This document shows positions 51,337-61,230 of a stretch of DNA of 64,000 nt, piece by piece. The DNA lies in the NCBI GenBank assembly GCA_965217035.1, contig OZ244226.1, positions 1-64,000 of the forward strand, read 5' to 3'. Each line of letters begins with the position of its first letter. Position 1 is the first letter of the stretch. Position numbers and translations under genes: made by a program. The stretch is from Bacteriovoracaceae bacterium. Its GTDB lineage: Bacteria > Bdellovibrionota > Bacteriovoracia > Bacteriovoracales > Bacteriovoracaceae. The notes below the pieces were generated by a model. The model had not been told where the DNA came from and searched no databases. It worked only from the letters and a program-made list of their open reading frames with translations.

Positions 51337-51864
51337 TTATTTAATCGTAAGAGTGAGTCCAGTCGATCCTTGGGCGCAGGTATAAGTTCCTTTCCATTGC
51401 CCTGATACAGGCCCTTTCGCCTGAATAGAGGTCCTTTTAAGATTGAACTCTTTGCAGCCCTTGGCTTCAACTTTTCCAGTAAATGAAGTGAGGTCTTTCG
51501 AGACATTTCCTGATAGGGGAACCATGACGATATCAAATGGGGGTTTTTCGATCCATTTTACTGAACCAAGATTTAGCCTTCCTGACTTTTTATTAAATGT
51601 TCCTTCCATTTGGTATTTACCACTATATTGTTGACCTTGAACGCTATAAAAATGAAAAATTGCTTCAAGACTATGGATGATCTTTTCAGATTTTGCCGAT
51701 TTTGGTTTTATTTTCTTTTTGACCACTTTAGCTTTTTTTGCTGGTGGTATAGGAGTAATATCTTTTTGTTGTAAAAGAGAAACGAAGATCATAACAAAAA
51801 GTAGATCTAACAGCGAAGTGAGCTGGACTGAAGATTTTTTAGCGCGTTTAAATTCTCTATCCAT
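51337..51864 (-). CDS. ExbD/TolR-like single-pass protein with non-canonical periplasmic beta domain
   Basis: QLTSLLDLLFVMIF with the conserved TM Asp; C-terminus does not resemble ExbD or OmpA. Confidence 0.65.
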   Translation of the reverse strand: MDREFKRAKKSSVQLTSLLDLLFVMIFVSLLQQKDITPIPPAKKAKVVKKKIKPKSAKSEKIIHSLEAIFHFYSVQGQQYSGKYQMEGTFNKKSGRLNLGSVKWIEKPPFDIVMVPLSGNVSKDLTSFTGKVEAKGCKEFNLKRTSIQAKGPVSGQWKGTYTCAQGSTGLTLTIK

Positions 51865-52489
51865 TTGATGAAATACTTATGTCAGTGACAATTTTTTTAA
51901 AATTATTGCTTTCGTTGATAACCCTCTCGATCTTTGGCCAAAGTATACTTTCTGCAACCATGAAAATGATGGAGAAGGAAATTCCTAAGATCGTCGTATC
52001 CATAGCAAGCACGAAAGCATTTGATAACGAAGAGACATCTATTTTTCCACCACCCTGAACGGCCGTTTGAGCAATCGCGAGAATAGTTCCAAGAATCCCT
52101 AATAACGGAAAAACCTGAACCAAGGTGCTCATAACAGATGTATAAATTTCAATTTTTGTGTGTCGAGAATAAAGAGGTCTTTTGGAAATGTTTTTTGCAT
52201 TTTTAGCAAATTCATATTTTACGCTCGGCTCTTGAGTGATTTTTCGTCTCATGAAATCCAAAGCAGTCTGGATCCTTTCATTAATTGTTTGTTCAGAGTC
52301 TTTATCTGGGGCATCAGTAAACCCTTTCATTATATTGTCGCAAACATCAGAGAGAATCATCTCATGTTTTTTAGAAAGGATAGAGATCGTGACGATTAAA
52401 AAGACTTCAATTGCCGCAAATAGAAAAATAATTGTAAAAATATTTTGAGTAATAAAATTAAATAAGCTTTGAATTAACGACGCATCCAT
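51857..52489 (-). CDS. MotA/TolQ/ExbB proton channel family protein
   Basis: FPLLGILGT, FVLAMDTTILGI; ATG 52489 with SD GGAG. Confidence 0.85.
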   Translation of the reverse strand: MDASLIQSLFNFITQNIFTIIFLFAAIEVFLIVTISILSKKHEMILSDVCDNIMKGFTDAPDKDSEQTINERIQTALDFMRRKITQEPSVKYEFAKNAKNISKRPLYSRHTKIEIYTSVMSTLVQVFPLLGILGTILAIAQTAVQGGGKIDVSSLSNAFVLAMDTTILGISFSIIFMVAESILWPKIERVINESNNFKKIVTDISISSNG

Positions 52490-52659
52490 GAGTCTCTCCA
52501 CAGTCAACAATTTAAGTTAATGGTAAGAGATTTCCTGCATTTCGTCTAATAGAAGGTCCTGTCGGGTACTACCTGAGCTTTTTAGTTCAAAAGAGAACTT
52601 TCTTGAGCCCGCAACTTTTCCGAAGTAATCTTTGAATACTATTCACAAGGAGTTTTATT

Positions 52660-53859
52660 ATGAAATTTGATTTTCCTAATTCGAATGGTGAAATACTTTC
52701 AGGGAAGTTAGAGTTGCCGATTGGAAGGCCAAAAGCCTATGCTCTCTTTGCTCATTGCTTTACCTGTTCTAAAGATATTATCGCTCCAAATGTTATTTCC
52801 AGGAAATTAACTGACAATGGAATTGCTGTTTTACGATTTGATTTTACAGGATTAGGAAATAGTCAAGGTGACTTTTCAAATACGAATTTTTCATCCAATG
52901 TCGAAGATCTGATTTCTGCCTCTGAGGAATTGGGTCGGCAGTTTAAAGCTCCTGAAATTTTAATCGGTCATAGTCTAGGTGGAGCGGCTGTTTTAAAGGC
53001 CGCTACTAAACTTAATGATATAAAGGCCGTTGTGACTTTAGCTGCGCCAAGTAGTGTTGATCATGTATCTCATTTGTTTGCCAATGATATTGAGAAAATT
53101 GAAAAAGAAGGCGTTGCGGAAGTTCAGCTTGCTGGTCGTACCTTCACTATTAAAAAACAGTTCATCAATGATATTAACGAGACCGAAATCCTAAAAGAGG
53201 TCAGGAACTTTAAAAAAGCATTGCTTGTCATGCATTCTCCCTTTGATGATACTGTCGGCATAGAGCATGCTTCGAAAATTTATGATGCTGCCAAACATCC
53301 AAAAAGCTTTATAACATTAGATTCTGCTGATCATCTGCTGATGAACCGAAATGATGCCTCCTATGCCGCTGATATTATAGGAGCTTGGGTGCAACGTTAT
53401 ATTCTTCAATCATTTGAGAAACCAAAACTAGGAAAAGGAGAAGTAATTGTTCAAAGCCGGCCTCAAGGGAAATTTACCCACGATGTTTTTACCAAGGACC
53501 ATGCTTTTATTGCTGATGAACCAAAATCAGTGAAAGGTAATCATCTTGGTATGAACCCTTACGAGATTCTTTTAGCGAGTCTCGGAGCTTGTACTGCCAT
53601 GACCTTGAGGATGTATGCAGATAGAAAGGGGATTGATCTGAAGGACACAAAGGTTCGCCTCAAGCATGAAAAAATTCATGCTAAAGACTGTGAGGACTGT
53701 GAAACTAAAACTGGCCTTGTAGACAAAATAGATAAAGAGATTTTTATTGAAGGTGATTTCGATGAGGGGCAAAAGCAAAGGCTTTTAGAAATTGCTGAAA
53801 GATGTCCGGTTAATAAAACTCTCCAGTCAGAAATAAAAATTATGAGTCATCACCTTTAG
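52660..53859 (+). CDS. Bifunctional alpha/beta hydrolase - OsmC family protein
   Basis: AHCFTCSK, FDFTGLG, GHSLGG, ADEP, LGACTAMT, RCPV. Confidence 0.92.
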   Translation: MKFDFPNSNGEILSGKLELPIGRPKAYALFAHCFTCSKDIIAPNVISRKLTDNGIAVLRFDFTGLGNSQGDFSNTNFSSNVEDLISASEELGRQFKAPEILIGHSLGGAAVLKAATKLNDIKAVVTLAAPSSVDHVSHLFANDIEKIEKEGVAEVQLAGRTFTIKKQFINDINETEILKEVRNFKKALLVMHSPFDDTVGIEHASKIYDAAKHPKSFITLDSADHLLMNRNDASYAADIIGAWVQRYILQSFEKPKLGKGEVIVQSRPQGKFTHDVFTKDHAFIADEPKSVKGNHLGMNPYEILLASLGACTAMTLRMYADRKGIDLKDTKVRLKHEKIHAKDCEDCETKTGLVDKIDKEIFIEGDFDEGQKQRLLEIAERCPVNKTLQSEIKIMSHHL

Positions 53860-54086
53860 AGGCGTTGAGTGAAATTCATATTGGCGTTTTGAAACTCTTT
53901 AATATTGTATTTGAAGTCAGTCAAACCATGTCTATTATCGTAAAGTTTTACCTTTAAATCTCGCTCTGTAATCGAGAAAAGCTGATTAGCTGAATTATTG
54001 CCCGAGACTGAGAAGTCTCTTGTCCCGCGATTATTAATCGCCACTAAGGCTTGCTCTAAACTGCGAGCGGAAGGTTGTATTCTCAT
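53856..54086 (-). CDS. Small hypothetical protein
   Basis: 76-aa ORF filling the intergenic gap; no family recognised. Confidence 0.35.
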   Translation of the reverse strand: MRIQPSARSLEQALVAINNRGTRDFSVSGNNSANQLFSITERDLKVKLYDNRHGLTDFKYNIKEFQNANMNFTQRL

Positions 54087-54217
54087 ATTTAAAATTATAA
54101 ACGAGAAATCGTTTTATTTGTTAGAGCGGTGTTAAACTGCTTTTTATCTTGTGATTTTAGGCAGTTGTTCATACTTTTGATGAAATGAGTTTATCGAAGA
54201 ATCTATAATAATTTGCC

Positions 54218-54245
54218 AAAAAAAAGGGGCAAATGAACTGCCCCT
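54218..54245 (-). terminator. Intrinsic terminator
   Basis: AGGGGCA...TGCCCCT stem with an 8-A run 5' (T-tail on the minus strand). Confidence 0.75.
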
Positions 54246-54253
54246 CTCCATAT

Positions 54254-55588
54254 TTAGATATTTTCGCTTTCGATTAGCTCTGTGATGTCTTTTGCATCTT
54301 TTTTTACTTGAAGAAGAAGTTTTGTGAAATCATTCGCGAGTTTGTAAGCAGATTCTCCAAGTTTTTTAGGAGTGTAAGGGTTGATGAAGTGCTTACTTGT
54401 TTGAAGGAAAACATTCCCGCCTCTATTTTTATGGTAGAAATGTCTCTCAACATTTTTGATAAGAGTTGGATTATATTTTCTTTCATACTTAGAAATAATA
54501 TCTCCAAGCTTTCTAAATTCTTTTTTCGTAATATTAATTCCGCTTCTTCGACAATGCTCTTCTGAAGGACTCATGCTAAATTGCCAATAATCATAAAGTC
54601 TTGCTGATCTTGATCGTCCTGCTACTGGGCCTTCATTCATCCCTCGACAAGGAGCTTGATGGAGAACCGTATCAGTAAAAAGAAGTTCCTTCGCATTATT
54701 TGGATTTTTAAAGAAAAGTTTAAGTTTTTCTTGACCTGCATGGAAAGCAGCAAGCAAAGTGACTTCTAAAAGAGCGGCGTCCCAATGAAGTGAAACTTTT
54801 TTATCCATTAAATTTCTGGCTTGTTCTGCAGTATAGACAGCCAAAAAATCAGTAAGAACGGCTTGCCCTTCTTTATCAACTTTACTGTAATGAGTTGTAT
54901 CGCTATTACCAAGCGCTACAAAAAGATTTTTATAGAAGTCTGCAATATCATTTGGATGTTTTGTTACGTAATTTTCTAGATCAGTTAAGTAGGCTTTGTC
55001 AGAGGCATCATTTGCAAATCTTCCAGGAGCCTCTCCAAAGCTTCTTCCTGTTTGTTTGTCTTTTCTGTGTTTTTTCTTAAGCTCTACAGTTGTGTGAAGT
55101 TTTTTATCATATCCAGTTCCGTAATGAATATTATAAGCATAATTTCCTGGAGCAAATTTCATAATGAGGCCACCACAACTTGCAAGACCAACAAAGTTAG
55201 AGAGTTTATAACGATTTTTTGAAAGACTTGGAACCGCCTTGGCAATCATTCCTGGTAAGCTATAAAGGTCAACTGTTTTTCCCTCAAGCTTATTAATAAG
55301 GCTTACGAGGGTGCTTTTCTTTTTCCCAACACCGCTAATGACTTTTCTCCTAACTTTAGTATCAACATTCTCAAGTGCGGCGAGAACATCCGCTGCGCCT
55401 CTGACTTTATAGCCTTCTGTTGCATACTTATCGAGGATAGGTTTCCCTTTTTTCTCCATGAAGTTGAGAAATGTTGTTCCCTTGTACTTTCTAAAGTCGA
55501 GAACGTTATCACAATTCAGTTTGTTGGCTTCTTGAGCATAACCGATTGTTGTCGATACAAAAATAATGAATAGGCTTAGCAGTTTCAT
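54254..55588 (-). CDS. Secreted hypothetical protein
   Basis: SD GGAG, signal peptide, 444 aa. Confidence 0.75.
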   Translation of the reverse strand: MKLLSLFIIFVSTTIGYAQEANKLNCDNVLDFRKYKGTTFLNFMEKKGKPILDKYATEGYKVRGAADVLAALENVDTKVRRKVISGVGKKKSTLVSLINKLEGKTVDLYSLPGMIAKAVPSLSKNRYKLSNFVGLASCGGLIMKFAPGNYAYNIHYGTGYDKKLHTTVELKKKHRKDKQTGRSFGEAPGRFANDASDKAYLTDLENYVTKHPNDIADFYKNLFVALGNSDTTHYSKVDKEGQAVLTDFLAVYTAEQARNLMDKKVSLHWDAALLEVTLLAAFHAGQEKLKLFFKNPNNAKELLFTDTVLHQAPCRGMNEGPVAGRSRSARLYDYWQFSMSPSEEHCRRSGINITKKEFRKLGDIISKYERKYNPTLIKNVERHFYHKNRGGNVFLQTSKHFINPYTPKKLGESAYKLANDFTKLLLQVKKDAKDITELIESENI

Positions 55589-55730
55589 TAAAATCTCCCA
55601 GGTTGATTTTTCTTTGGATTAACCTAAAATTTTAACTTTGAAATTCTTCTCCTCAGATTTTGTAATCTTTACAGTGGAGGCTGTGCGTTATCAGGTTTCG
55701 CTCTTGACCTGCCCGTGTATAATTTAAGTT

Positions 55731-56768
55731 ATGGATAAAGCAACGTTGAATTATCTTAATCAGCACTCGATGCCAGTGACTCGAAGAGACTTTCTTTCGT
55801 TGGGACTTGTAGGATGCACGAGTTTTGTAATGTTCCCGTTTACTGACTTTCGTTTACCGGTTAATGGAAATCGGTTCCCTGCATTTTTAGTTATTGATTT
55901 AGCTGGAGGGGCCGCACTTCCTGGAAACTTTTTAGTCGGTTATAAGGGGGGACCTACTGACTTTATTAAGGATTATTCTAGGCTCGGATGGAATCCTAGA
56001 GATAATAAAATTGATGATCGATTTGGTTTACCGATGGCCGGGGAAGGAACTAGTAAAATATTGCAAGGAATTCTTGATTTCACTCAAGCAAAAGATTTGA
56101 AAAACTTGAAGTTTGGGACACTTTTACATCATAGCAAAAGTGACAGTCACTCAAACCTCTTAAATGCAATGGGGCTTGTTTCTCAATTATCAAATTCTAA
56201 AATGGTTTCGTGTCATCAACATCATCGTAGCCGACTCACGAATTGTTCAGAAGTTCCATTTCGAATGAAAAACTTTACGAGTACTTTAAAAGCTCTTTTA
56301 AAAGGATATTCTGATGTTGGTGTGATTACAGTTTCAGGTTGTGATTATCATGATGGAACAAGAATGCGTGGTGATCTTAAAGATTACGAAATAGGTTCAA
56401 TCATCGCAAAGGCAGTCTTATTAGCAAAGAAGTTCCAGAGGCCACTTTTTCTTCAAATTATAACCGATGGTGGGATTGCATCTCTTCCTGGAACAAGAAC
56501 TTGGGTCACCGATGATGACCGCCATAGCATGTCGGTTTTGGGCTATTATAATCCTTATGCCACTCCTCAGTTGCGGAGGGCCCAAATTGGTTATTACGAT
56601 ATGAACGGGAAAGTGAATAGTGCTACCCTTGTAGGAGAGCCAATCAAAGCTGCTTACGCTGCTTTTGCAAATTATTTGCAAGTTAGTGGTAGACTTGGAG
56701 ATTTCGAAAGATACGCACCAGGTGTTTTTAATAATAAGGAATTAGAAGAAGTTTTAATTTTTGCATAA
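55731..56768 (+). CDS. Twin-arginine (Tat) exported hypothetical protein (DUF1501-like)
   Basis: TRRDFL signal, IDLAGGA, GCDYHDG, ITDGG. Confidence 0.6.
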   Translation: MDKATLNYLNQHSMPVTRRDFLSLGLVGCTSFVMFPFTDFRLPVNGNRFPAFLVIDLAGGAALPGNFLVGYKGGPTDFIKDYSRLGWNPRDNKIDDRFGLPMAGEGTSKILQGILDFTQAKDLKNLKFGTLLHHSKSDSHSNLLNAMGLVSQLSNSKMVSCHQHHRSRLTNCSEVPFRMKNFTSTLKALLKGYSDVGVITVSGCDYHDGTRMRGDLKDYEIGSIIAKAVLLAKKFQRPLFLQIITDGGIASLPGTRTWVTDDDRHSMSVLGYYNPYATPQLRRAQIGYYDMNGKVNSATLVGEPIKAAYAAFANYLQVSGRLGDFERYAPGVFNNKELEEVLIFA

Positions 56769-56778
56769 GGAAAAAGTT

Positions 56779-57090
56779 ATGAGTGAAAGGTATCAGAATT
56801 TAAAAGAGTTTTATCCATTTTATTTAAGTGAACATAAAGATCCGACCAATAAAATTCTTCATTTCATTGGAACGGGATTAAGTTTATCTCTTTTGACTTA
56901 CTTTATTTACACAGTTCAGTTTACTAAAATTCCGCTTATCTTATTGGTTGGTTATAGTTTTGCTTGGGTTGGTCACTTTATTTTTGAAAAGAATCGCCCG
57001 GCCACATTTAAATACCCATTGATGAGTTTTATCTGCGATTTTAAAATGTTTTTTGATATTCTCCGAGGGAAAGTTAAGATCGCGGCTTAA
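56779..57090 (+). CDS. DUF962/Mpo1-like protein
   Basis: FYPFYLSEH, LHFIG, WVGHFIFEKNRPATF.YP. Confidence 0.88.
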   Translation: MSERYQNLKEFYPFYLSEHKDPTNKILHFIGTGLSLSLLTYFIYTVQFTKIPLILLVGYSFAWVGHFIFEKNRPATFKYPLMSFICDFKMFFDILRGKVKIAA

Positions 57091-58144
57091 TTTGATAAAT
57101 TTTCCCGCTGTCGGTTCCAAAATAAATGAAGCCATCAGGGCCTTCTGTTATTGAACGGAATCTTTCTTTGATCTTTTCTAAGAGACGTTCTTCTTTTTGA
57201 GCTTTTTTATTCTTTAAAGTGACTCGATTTAAATGTCTTTTTGCAAGTGCTCCTAAAAAAAGATCTCCTTTCCAAGGTTTGATCACATCTGATTGATAAA
57301 CGATAAAACCACAGGGAGCTATTGAAGGGGCATAGTATTTTATCGGCTGTTTCATGCCTTTCTTTTTGGTAATCCCGTCTCCTATAGAAGGACCATAATA
57401 TTCTTTTCCATAAGTGATGATAGGCCAGCCATAATTTTTATCTTTTTGAATAATATTAATTTCATCTCCACCTCGAGGGCCATGTTCAGTTTCTAATAAA
57501 AGCCCAGAGAGAGGGTCCCAAAATAATCCTTGAGGATTTCGATGCCCATAACTGTAGATTTCAGGGGCCTTTTTTCCTGTGAGATCAATTTTATGAATTT
57601 TCCCATTATCAGTTTTTAAAGATTGAGCGAGGTCTCGATTCCCTCGATCTCCCACACTTAAAAAAAGCTCATTACCTTTGATAGCAATTCTTGATCCATA
57701 GTGATGAGACTGATTATAAAAAGGAAGTGCTGTAAAAAGGTTAATTTTTTCCTTTAACTGATTTCCCACAAGCTTGTACTGAGTTAATCGAGTTGTTTGT
57801 TTGCTTCCTTTTTTTTGGGAATAAGTAATATAAAGAAGAGAATTCTTTTTAAAATTAGGATGGAGGACTAAGTCGAGCATTCCTCCTTGTCCTCCTGTTG
57901 CAACTTCGGGAGCATTAATAACAGGGGTGAGTTTTTTGGTTTTAAGGTCAAGAATCTTTATATTGCCTTCTCTTTCGGTAAAGATCATTCGAGTAGGGTT
58001 CAAAAATTGAAGTGCCCAAGGGATACCGAGTCCTTCTTTGATGAGATTAGCTTCTAGTTTCATTCCTTCACTTTCAAAATAATGAGGTTTCGCGATCACT
58101 CGCATGGCGTTAGAAAGTAGAATTAATAAAGAGAGCCTCAACAT
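57074..58144 (-). CDS. PQQ-dependent sugar dehydrogenase (sorbosone/YliI family)
   Basis: PW...F, GQGGMLD, HYGSRI, SYGHRNPQG, EHGPRGGDEIN, NYGWP. Confidence 0.92.
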   Translation of the reverse strand: MLRLSLLILLSNAMRVIAKPHYFESEGMKLEANLIKEGLGIPWALQFLNPTRMIFTEREGNIKILDLKTKKLTPVINAPEVATGGQGGMLDLVLHPNFKKNSLLYITYSQKKGSKQTTRLTQYKLVGNQLKEKINLFTALPFYNQSHHYGSRIAIKGNELFLSVGDRGNRDLAQSLKTDNGKIHKIDLTGKKAPEIYSYGHRNPQGLFWDPLSGLLLETEHGPRGGDEINIIQKDKNYGWPIITYGKEYYGPSIGDGITKKKGMKQPIKYYAPSIAPCGFIVYQSDVIKPWKGDLFLGALAKRHLNRVTLKNKKAQKEERLLEKIKERFRSITEGPDGFIYFGTDSGKIYQIKPRS

Positions 58145-58218
58145 CTTGTCCACCTTAATAAAATCATCTATAAAGACAATCATAATACTATGCATAAACT
58201 ATAAAGAAAGGATAATTC

Positions 58219-59361
58219 ATGAGCAAGCGTGCCCCTGTATTAAACAAAGAGAGACGGTTCCCAACTAATATGAAATGTGCCCACGAACTTCTTCTCATGG
58301 CAAAGAACGGGACTAAAGGAAACTCTACAAGTGATCGGTATGCAATGCCAGCTTATAACGTGACAACTTATCAAGGAATTGATGCTGCTATTGAGGCTGC
58401 TGAAACTTTGGGAGCATCTTGTTTACTTGCTTTCTCTAACTCGGCCCTTAAACATTTTGGAAAAGGTGATGCGATTAGAGGTCTTGAGTTTGTTCATGAA
58501 TATGTAAAACTTGCTGCTCGTTACTCATCTGTTCCTGTTGCAACTCATCTTGATCACGGAGACTATATCGGAGAAGGAGGAAGAAAGGTTGTTCAGAAGG
58601 CCGTTGAATGCTTAACGTCTGTTATGGCAGATAACTCAACCGATCATGCGGCTAAGAAACCAACTGAGCTTGAACAAAATATTGAAGCAACTCGAGAAGT
58701 TGTTGACATGGCCCATCCCCTTGGAGTTTCGGTTGAAGGTGAGCTTGGAGTTCTTGCAGGTGTGGAAGATGAGGATACTCAATCTGAATTTTCTACTTAT
58801 ACAGATCCTGAAGAACTTAAAACTTTTCTTAAGGACACTGGTGTTCTTATGCTTGCTCCTACTATTGGAACAATGCATGGACCAAATAAAGGAAAACCAG
58901 GTGATGTTGTTAAGCTAAATATCGAGCTTGCTAATGAATGTTTGGCCATTGCTGATGAGATGAATCCAGATATTCTTTTTGTTGCTCACGGAGCCTCAAC
59001 TCTTTATCCGAATGTGGTGAATTATGCTTGTGAAAATCTTTCTGGTCTTGGGAAACTTGAAGAAGAAATTACGACTTGGAAAAACTTTGTAGGAACAGAT
59101 TGGGAGCAAATTACTGGTCTTATTAAAAATGGATTCGTAAAAATCAATACAGATACAGAAAATAGACAAACATATTTAGCGGCATTGATTGGTGCACTGA
59201 ATGGTTCTGCTTCAAAAGTAGATATTCGTCATTATGAGAAAGTGACTTATAAGGCCCTTGTTCAAAGTTATATTCAAAAATACATCATGGCCGGAAATTA
59301 TGGCGTTTGGCATGAGCCAAAGATTGATGTGAAAGGATTTAAATTCGATCTCAATGCTTAA
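58219..59361 (+). CDS. fba: Class II fructose-bisphosphate aldolase
   Basis: HLDHG, SVMAD, VEGELG, GTMHG, AHGAS, KINTDT. Confidence 0.88.
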   Translation: MSKRAPVLNKERRFPTNMKCAHELLLMAKNGTKGNSTSDRYAMPAYNVTTYQGIDAAIEAAETLGASCLLAFSNSALKHFGKGDAIRGLEFVHEYVKLAARYSSVPVATHLDHGDYIGEGGRKVVQKAVECLTSVMADNSTDHAAKKPTELEQNIEATREVVDMAHPLGVSVEGELGVLAGVEDEDTQSEFSTYTDPEELKTFLKDTGVLMLAPTIGTMHGPNKGKPGDVVKLNIELANECLAIADEMNPDILFVAHGASTLYPNVVNYACENLSGLGKLEEEITTWKNFVGTDWEQITGLIKNGFVKINTDTENRQTYLAALIGALNGSASKVDIRHYEKVTYKALVQSYIQKYIMAGNYGVWHEPKIDVKGFKFDLNA

Positions 59362-60460
59362 TTTTGATTTTTTAAACCAGTATTCAATTGAGGAGATGAG
59401 TGTTCCCAAGAAGGTCATCGTAGGAATGTCTGGTGGAGTTGATTCTGCCGTAGCGGCGTTGATTCTCAAAGCGCAAGGTCACGAAGTGACTGGTGTGTTT
59501 ATGAAAAATTGGGATGAAATTGATGAGAATGGGAATTGCACTGCCGAACAAGATTTTCAAGATGTGATCGCTGTTTGTGAAACTCTTGATATTCCTTATT
59601 ATTCTTTTAATTTTGTTGAAGAGTATAGAGAGAAAGTTTTTAATCAATTTATTGAAGATTATAAACAAGGACTCACTCCAAATCCGGATATTTTTTGTAA
59701 TAAAGAAATTAAGTTCAATCACTTTTACGAGAACTGCTTAAAGCTTGGGGCAGACCTTATTGCAACTGGACATTATTGTAGAACTATTGAAAAAGATGGA
59801 GAAAAGCTTCTTGCAAAAGGTAGAGATCCAAAAAAGGATCAGTCTTACTTTCTTGCAGGGATAGACCAATCGGTTCTTCAGAAAGTTTTATTTCCTCTTG
59901 GAGATCTACTTAAAACTGAAATTCGAACGATAGCGACTCATTATAACCTTCCGGTTAAAGACAAAAAAGACAGTACTGGTGTTTGTTTTATTGGAGAGAG
60001 AAATTTTCGAAATTTTCTTCAAGAATATATTGAATCACAAAAAGGTCAATTCATGACTCCGGAAGGAGAGGTGGTAGGTGAGCATGAGGGGATGTGTTTT
60101 TATACACTTGGCCAGCGAAAAGGGTTAGGTCTTGGTGGACCTGGCAATCCTTGGTATGTCGTCAAAAAAGATATTGAGAAAAACATCGTTTATGTCGCTC
60201 GAGATAAATATCATCCATTTCTTATGAATGATTCTCTTGAGGCAACTCCTGTCAATATTTTATCTAATTATAAAAATAAAAGCTTTGATTGCACGGCAAA
60301 GATTCGGTACCGACAGCAAGATCAAGAATGTCGAGTTAAGTTTCAAAACGGAAAGATTATTGCTGATTTTAAAGAGCCTCAACGAGGTATCTGTCCTAAG
60401 CAATATGTCGCTTTCTATGACGATGATATTTGCCTCGGCGGTGGTGTCATCTCTATTTAA
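59354..60460 (+). CDS. mnmA: tRNA 2-thiouridylase
   Basis: GMSGGVDS, TPNPDIFCN, ATGHY, KDQSYF, DSTGVCFIG. Confidence 0.96.
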   Translation: MLNFDFLNQYSIEEMSVPKKVIVGMSGGVDSAVAALILKAQGHEVTGVFMKNWDEIDENGNCTAEQDFQDVIAVCETLDIPYYSFNFVEEYREKVFNQFIEDYKQGLTPNPDIFCNKEIKFNHFYENCLKLGADLIATGHYCRTIEKDGEKLLAKGRDPKKDQSYFLAGIDQSVLQKVLFPLGDLLKTEIRTIATHYNLPVKDKKDSTGVCFIGERNFRNFLQEYIESQKGQFMTPEGEVVGEHEGMCFYTLGQRKGLGLGGPGNPWYVVKKDIEKNIVYVARDKYHPFLMNDSLEATPVNILSNYKNKSFDCTAKIRYRQQDQECRVKFQNGKIIADFKEPQRGICPKQYVAFYDDDICLGGGVISI

Positions 60461-60644
60461 GCAATTCATTAATAAAGTTTAAGCGCTTTTAAAAATAAAG
60501 AAGTTTTTTCTATTTTTCTTGCATAAAAATTTCATTCATTGAATTGTAAAAACTTCAAAACTAATCAAGGTGCTTAAGAATCTGATATTTTATTTAGTTT
60601 TAACTCATTTCTATTCGGTTTAGCCTCTTTCGCGGAGGCAAAAA

Positions 60645-61151
60645 ATTCCATCTAGCTTTGCGTCTTTGAATTTGCTTGGTATCTTTGAGACAATTAGGAA
60701 AGAGGGAAGAACTGTCCCCAGGAGCTTTATGGAAGATATTAGAACAATTATCAACCATCATTTGCCGAAGAAACACCTGGATAAATCAGACCCTGAAAAA
60801 GTTCCAAAGCCCAAGAAGGCCAGCACAAGCGAAATCCCTGATTTATTCTTCGATAATGTTTTGGTCAAAATCAAACTGAGCCGTATAGAAATTATGGTTT
60901 TAATGTATTTATACCGAATTGTTTGGTGTAGGCCTAATCTTCATCGTGATTATGGAATTAGTCCTATTCTAAGTTATTCAGATCTTTCACAAAACTTTGA
61001 GATAACATTAGATGAACTGCATTCGGCTCTTCGCAAGCTCGAAACATTAGAGTTTATCGAAACAGTAAGGTCAGGACAGTATTTTGTGAGAAAGTATTTT
61101 ACCAAAGAAAATGATAGTATCTACGGTATTAAATACGACGACTTTCTTTAA
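60645..61151 (+). CDS. Winged-helix hypothetical protein; probable ATT start at 60645 (track start TTG 60666)
   Basis: LSRIEIMVLMYLY..S..DLS......DELHSALRKLETLEFI; SD GGAGG 6 nt before an in-frame ATT. Confidence 0.6.
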   Translation: MPSSFASLNLLGIFETIRKEGRTVPRSFMEDIRTIINHHLPKKHLDKSDPEKVPKPKKASTSEIPDLFFDNVLVKIKLSRIEIMVLMYLYRIVWCRPNLHRDYGISPILSYSDLSQNFEITLDELHSALRKLETLEFIETVRSGQYFVRKYFTKENDSIYGIKYDDFL

Positions 61152-61230
61152 AAATCCTAATATTTCGCTCGAAGCGCCTTATATCTGAACTCATTTTCTA
61201 ATTTTTAACTTATAAGCTATATATTTATTA

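Noticed and set aside
51337..52489. Zorya ZorAB or flagellar MotAB
   Set aside because: No long ZorA tail, no OmpA/peptidoglycan-binding domain in the partner, and no zorC/D/E nearby.
55731..56768. Type II secretion GspF label
   Set aside because: Soluble Tat-signal protein without GspF transmembrane architecture or neighbouring gsp genes.
60650..60680. c-di-GMP-I riboswitch-like GACGCAAAGCTA on the minus strand
   Set aside because: Lacks the GAAA-tetraloop stem, is antisense, and lies in probable coding sequence.
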